A stretch of 64,000 nucleotides of DNA, taken from positions 3,444,627 to 3,508,626 of the forward strand of contig MU004230.1 of assembly GCA_010405405.1 (NCBI GenBank), read 5' to 3'. This document shows positions 59,801 to 64,000 of this stretch, one piece after another. This stretch comes from Microthyrium microscopicum. Taxonomy: Eukaryota. Below the pieces are notes generated by a model, which ran no database searches, was not told the origin of the DNA, and saw nothing but the letters and a program-made list of their open reading frames with translations. Both the position numbers and the translations under genes were made by a program. Position 1 is the stretch's first letter. Each line of letters starts with the position of its first letter.

Positions 59801-61846
59801 TTGTGGTGTTCCTGATGCATCAGTTTCACCATCACTAAATTCACCAAGTTCGGCAAATAAGCTTTTGCCTTGCACAGGTGTACCAGAACTGCTAGCTACA
59901 GAGGCCGGTGAATCTCGAAGCTCGCTTTGTACGTCATTGAAGCTGGTAAAACTGTTCTCAGCAGTGCGTGGTGAAGAAGCTTTTCGGTATCCGGCACGGC
60001 TCATTCGGACCTTGAAGCGACCTTGCTGAGCAATAGGCGTCTGAAGTTGGTAATCGTCATACTCATCAGAGTCCTCGGAGGTGGATGCGGTGCTTTGGAA
60101 GGACATGCGATTCAGGGCCGATGGTTTCTTTCGAAGCGTATGGTCGGCGGCTGAATGTTCAGTCTCAGTGAGATCGCCTTCAGAATCTGGTTCTATGCTC
60201 TCAACACCAGTCTGGAATGCTTCTGTCTCTGTACCTTGTTCATTGGCGGTTTCAAAGGCATCCGAGTTCTCAGTGGCCGTGACATAGGCATCAGTGGTGT
60301 GATCAGTGTGAGACGCGCGAGTAGCAATCGATGGTGGTTCAAGAGCGGCTTTTTCATTTTCCTCGGAAATCTCGCGGCGAGTTGGTGGCTTACTAGGCGT
60401 ATCCAATCCTTCGTGATCTTCCCATTCAGGGTCATCCATAATGATCTCATCTGTAGTTCCTCGTGAAGCACCAAGTCGATCCGGTCGGCCTTTCTTGGCA
60501 GAGTCTAATTGCTTAGAGTTTCGCTTCTTGCCTGCGCTGTCTGAGGCCTTGCGCTTAGTTTCAATCTCATCGCGGGCATCTTGAAGCATTTTCTTAAGCT
60601 CAAACTTTTCAGTCTTTTCGCGGTGGATGGTGTTTTTGAGATGCTGTATCATACGTTGCGCATGATGTAATGATGTCTTGAGGGTCTCAGATTCTAGACC
60701 ACCATGACGAGGAGTAGCTTTGCTTGGAGATGCCGGAGGCGAATTATCGGGAGTAACCTGTTCATCATCCTCTACCCCCTCAAGAAGAGCAAACTCCTGA
60801 CCAGTCGATTGTTCTTCCCCACGAAGACGAGCAGTAAAAGCCTTGGCAAGCTCTTTATTTTGATGTGTGAGATCCTCGACCTTCTTGCGCATAGCTGTGA
60901 CTTCTGACTCATTCGATGTCGCATTACGACGGAAAGTATTCAGCTCAGCATCATGAATCTTTCGTGCAGCGCTATGATCTTCTGCAAGTTTGTTGTGGGA
61001 TTGCTTCAACTCTTCAAATTCATGTTCCATTGCATCCTTTTGAGAACTCGTAGCCTTAAGAGTTTGCTGTAGTCGCAATTCCCGCTCTACTAGGTCTTTT
61101 TGTGATGATAGAAGCTCCGAAACTTGTGTTTCTAACGACCAGTTTTCGTCCTTGAATCGTTGCTCGCTCTCATCTAGCTCTTTTAACCGCTTTTGCAGAT
61201 GCTCGAAATCCGCGTCCAATTCAGCCTTTTCAGCAGTGACAACTCTTAACGATTCATCCTTCTCGGCAAGCACGCCTTGAAGTTCGCGTATTTGTATCAA
61301 AAGTGTGTCTGTGAGTGCAGCTGCTAGTTCGACGTCGTTCTTTCGGGTTGGTGGCTGATTGCGAGCTTTTCGCGAAATTGGCGCGTGGATTTTGGATGGA
61401 GATGCTTGAGCTTGGCTTGACAACACAGACGCGTTGGCAGCATCTGTAGCATTTTCACCACTAGGAACACGTTTTGGAACGTATATGCGCGCAGTCTCTC
61501 GAGAGATCTCTGCGACTTCGCGCTCGAGTTGGGCGACCTTCTGACGCATCTCGAGAGGAATTTCGTCGTCATTTTGTGGGCTCTGAAGCTCGTTGAGCTG
61601 CGATTCGAGTTCTGCGCGCTGTTTCACGAGTATTTGTCCAACGCGGCCTGCATCATCCAAGCGTCGTTGTGTCTCGGCCAGATGTGCTTCAAGCGCGCGA
61701 CGAACTTGAGCTGGAGATCCATTGGCGTAGCTGGAGAATTGTTGGCTGTCAAAGATGGAATATCTATGGCGCTGTTCGGGAGTAGGGTGGGTAACGAATG
61801 GATCGTCTATCGGCATTGTCCCTAGAGGTTTGGCCATGGAAGCCAT
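56836..61846 (-). CDS. apsA: Cortical nuclear migration protein ApsA/Num1 (coiled coil + PH domain)
   Basis: 1568-aa ORF plus a terminal exon after intron 57075-57195 (RACCDG|KHDV). N-terminal coiled coil with FKDENWSLET; PH domain GAWLWKY..RHKRFFWVHPYT..WINALSYL. Confidence 0.93.
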
Positions 61847-63292
61847 TGGTGGTGTGGTGTATCAAATCAAGGTAGGGTAGTGTAGACTCAGGAGCGAGGG
61901 TTATATGGGAATTCGTAATTTAGTGAGTGGAAAGAATGGTCCTTTTTGAAGCGGGAGTTATGCAGGTAGGCGGGAGAAGTGAACGGCAAGAGGTTCTTTT
62001 TAGGTGTGTTGATACACAACAGGCTTCCAGATGTTGTTGCTGGAGGGGTTCAACAAGCAAAGCAGCAGCAACAGTAGGGGTGTGACGCGACAGCAACGGT
62101 AACCATTATTAGAAGCGGAATATAACGAGGCCTAGGGACCCATGAAGAAAAGAAGAGAAGAAGAAGAAAGGATGAGCAGGCCGTGTGAAAGAGAGACCGG
62201 GGGTAAGAAAAACAATCAACAGGATAGAGTAGTACCTTGGTAGTTGGTGGGAGGGTAGAAAGATGGAGGAGTTGGAGGTTGAGCAATTGATTATTGACGG
62301 AGGGAGACTTGGAGAGAGACCAAGGCCAAATTGAGGCAAGAGCGAGGGAGCGAAGCAAGGGTCGTGGAACTGACGTGTCAATGCCTTCTGTGATTGGCTT
62401 GCTGCACCAAACCACGCTTACTTTTCCTTAGAGCTCTCACAAAGTAAACAAACAAAAGTATTGCTGCATAATAATAAATAAATATTATCCGTCTTTAATT
62501 CCGCCAAAGTGCCTCCTTGCTACCTACATAGAATGATGTATTAGATTGCTCAGCCTTTTCGCTTTTATGCATATTTCCCCTGGATTCCACGTTGTAGCCA
62601 TGCGCTGTACTTGTTTGTACTGGACCTGACTTTCCAAAAGCACTCAAGCATTTCATCTTACCAGCAACCTAGCGTGCTTACCAACACTCTTCAGCTTTCC
62701 AAGAACTCAAGATATGTTTCCATTTTCAAGCGTAATCAGGTTTACGATTTTGTGAGTACAGTAAAAATGCTCCGAAAAACATACATTCGTCGCACGGTGA
62801 ATCGATAAAACAAATGATAGAGGCCTCCGAATATGATAAGCTCTATGACATGTGAATATGTACGCATTCTCTAGTAGTCATCGCAAGAGATACATAAGTA
62901 CGCCCATTTCGTCAAGTCGCAAGTGGTTGAACATTGTATCAAGATCTTGATCTCAACAGAACTTATTCAGATATATACATCGCGATCTTATCTTATCTAC
63001 AGGGTGCAAATAGTAACAACCCCTGAGGTACAGACCGGGGATAATATGCAAAGATGATGATAAAGTGAAGCTGCAGGGATGGTGGTTTAGAAATAACAAT
63101 TCGACAGATGGCATCTATTCAACTTTGGACCTTTGGTTACCAACACCACTCAAAGGCCCTGACCACTTTTCCATTCCTTACCACACCTTCAATCTAATTT
63201 CTTTTCTTTCTGACCACCTCACATCCAACATCTCAGGCCAACCCGCACTTCCTATCTTGATACACCTTATCGTTACTTGGTAAACCGCGGCC

Positions 63293-64000
63293 ATGGTCAA
63301 CTGGATAGGCTTGGCCTTTCCATTCCTCTATCTAGGACTACTCGTCGGCGCCCTCTCCACATTCTCCTCTCTATATAGAAAGCGCAAAGCATGTGCGTAC
63401 ATCCCCTCTACCTCTTTAGATATCATGAACAACGACTAACATCTTATAGCACGAGCACAATCTCTCGCGCCTTGGTTCGAGTCGCATCATCCCCGAGATG
63501 TCTACCTATCCCTGATACACCTCGACGAAGACGATTCCGAAAAGCCCGAAGTTCCTGATACTGTCCTGAAAGCCGCGCTTCTCCGCCGTGCACAAGAAGA
63601 TGTCCAGCGAGTCCTACAAATGCGAAACTCAAAGCAAGCGCTCGCAACATTACTCCAACGAGGCAGCATAGGCGACGATCTATGGCAACGGTTTCTACGA
63701 GCAGAGCAAGAATGTGAAGAGGAAGTGCGAGACGTAGTTCAAGAAGTGAGCAACCCATAATTGGCCCAATATCCTTCCAAAAAGCTAATAATGTGCTAGG
63801 CAAATGCATTCGCAGACAACTGGGGTAGCTTCATATTCCAATCCGCCCATGAAATGGCCCAAAACCAACAAACGCGCAAACGCATGGCCGAGATCCAAGC
63901 AGAGACTGAAGCAGAGAAGGAATGGTGGGAGAAGAAGCGATCAACTGTGCAAGCCGAGTTCATGAAAGAGCTAGATGATGAAGCAGCTGCTGGCACTACT
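63293..64000 (+). CDS. SEC66: ER translocon subunit Sec66, truncated by the window end
   Basis: ATG 63293; MVNWIGLAFPFLYLGLLVGALSTFSSLYRKRKA|SRAQSLAPWFESHHPRDVYLSL..VLKAALLRRA..LLQRGSIGDDLWQRF. Introns 63393-63449 and about 63746-63800. Confidence 0.92.

Overview
Gene-dense eukaryotic DNA from a filamentous ascomycete (Pezizomycotina, possibly a Dothideomycete), judged from short GT..(CTRAC)..YAG introns and fungal orthologs. About 22 protein-coding genes can be reconstructed. Housekeeping genes: VPS34, NSE4, CCT8, ISY1, TFB1, KGD1, a PHO23/ING-like PHD protein, COQ3, a PWI/SRRM1-like splicing factor, apsA/NUM1 and SEC66 (partial). Accessory or poorly known genes: an amino acid permease (partial), a cutinase with an extra N-terminal Cys-rich module, a RING protein with two extra Cys4 motifs, an intronless haloalkane dehalogenase, a hemerythrin/HHE protein, a DUF1992 protein, an ACC-synthase-like aminotransferase, a GtaA-family protein and several hypotheticals. 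The most notable observations are: (1) a secreted 335-aa protein whose HH / HxH / Met motif pattern matches PHM/DBH-type copper monooxygenases, with an apparent His-to-Asp change at one copper ligand; (2) a 219-bp TA-flanked MITE with 52-bp TIRs just upstream of TFB1; (3) recurrent C-rich to G-rich composition flips inside genes of either orientation; (4) two GC-AG introns. I found no rRNA, tRNA or CRISPR features. All protein calls come from motif recognition by eye, not database searches.
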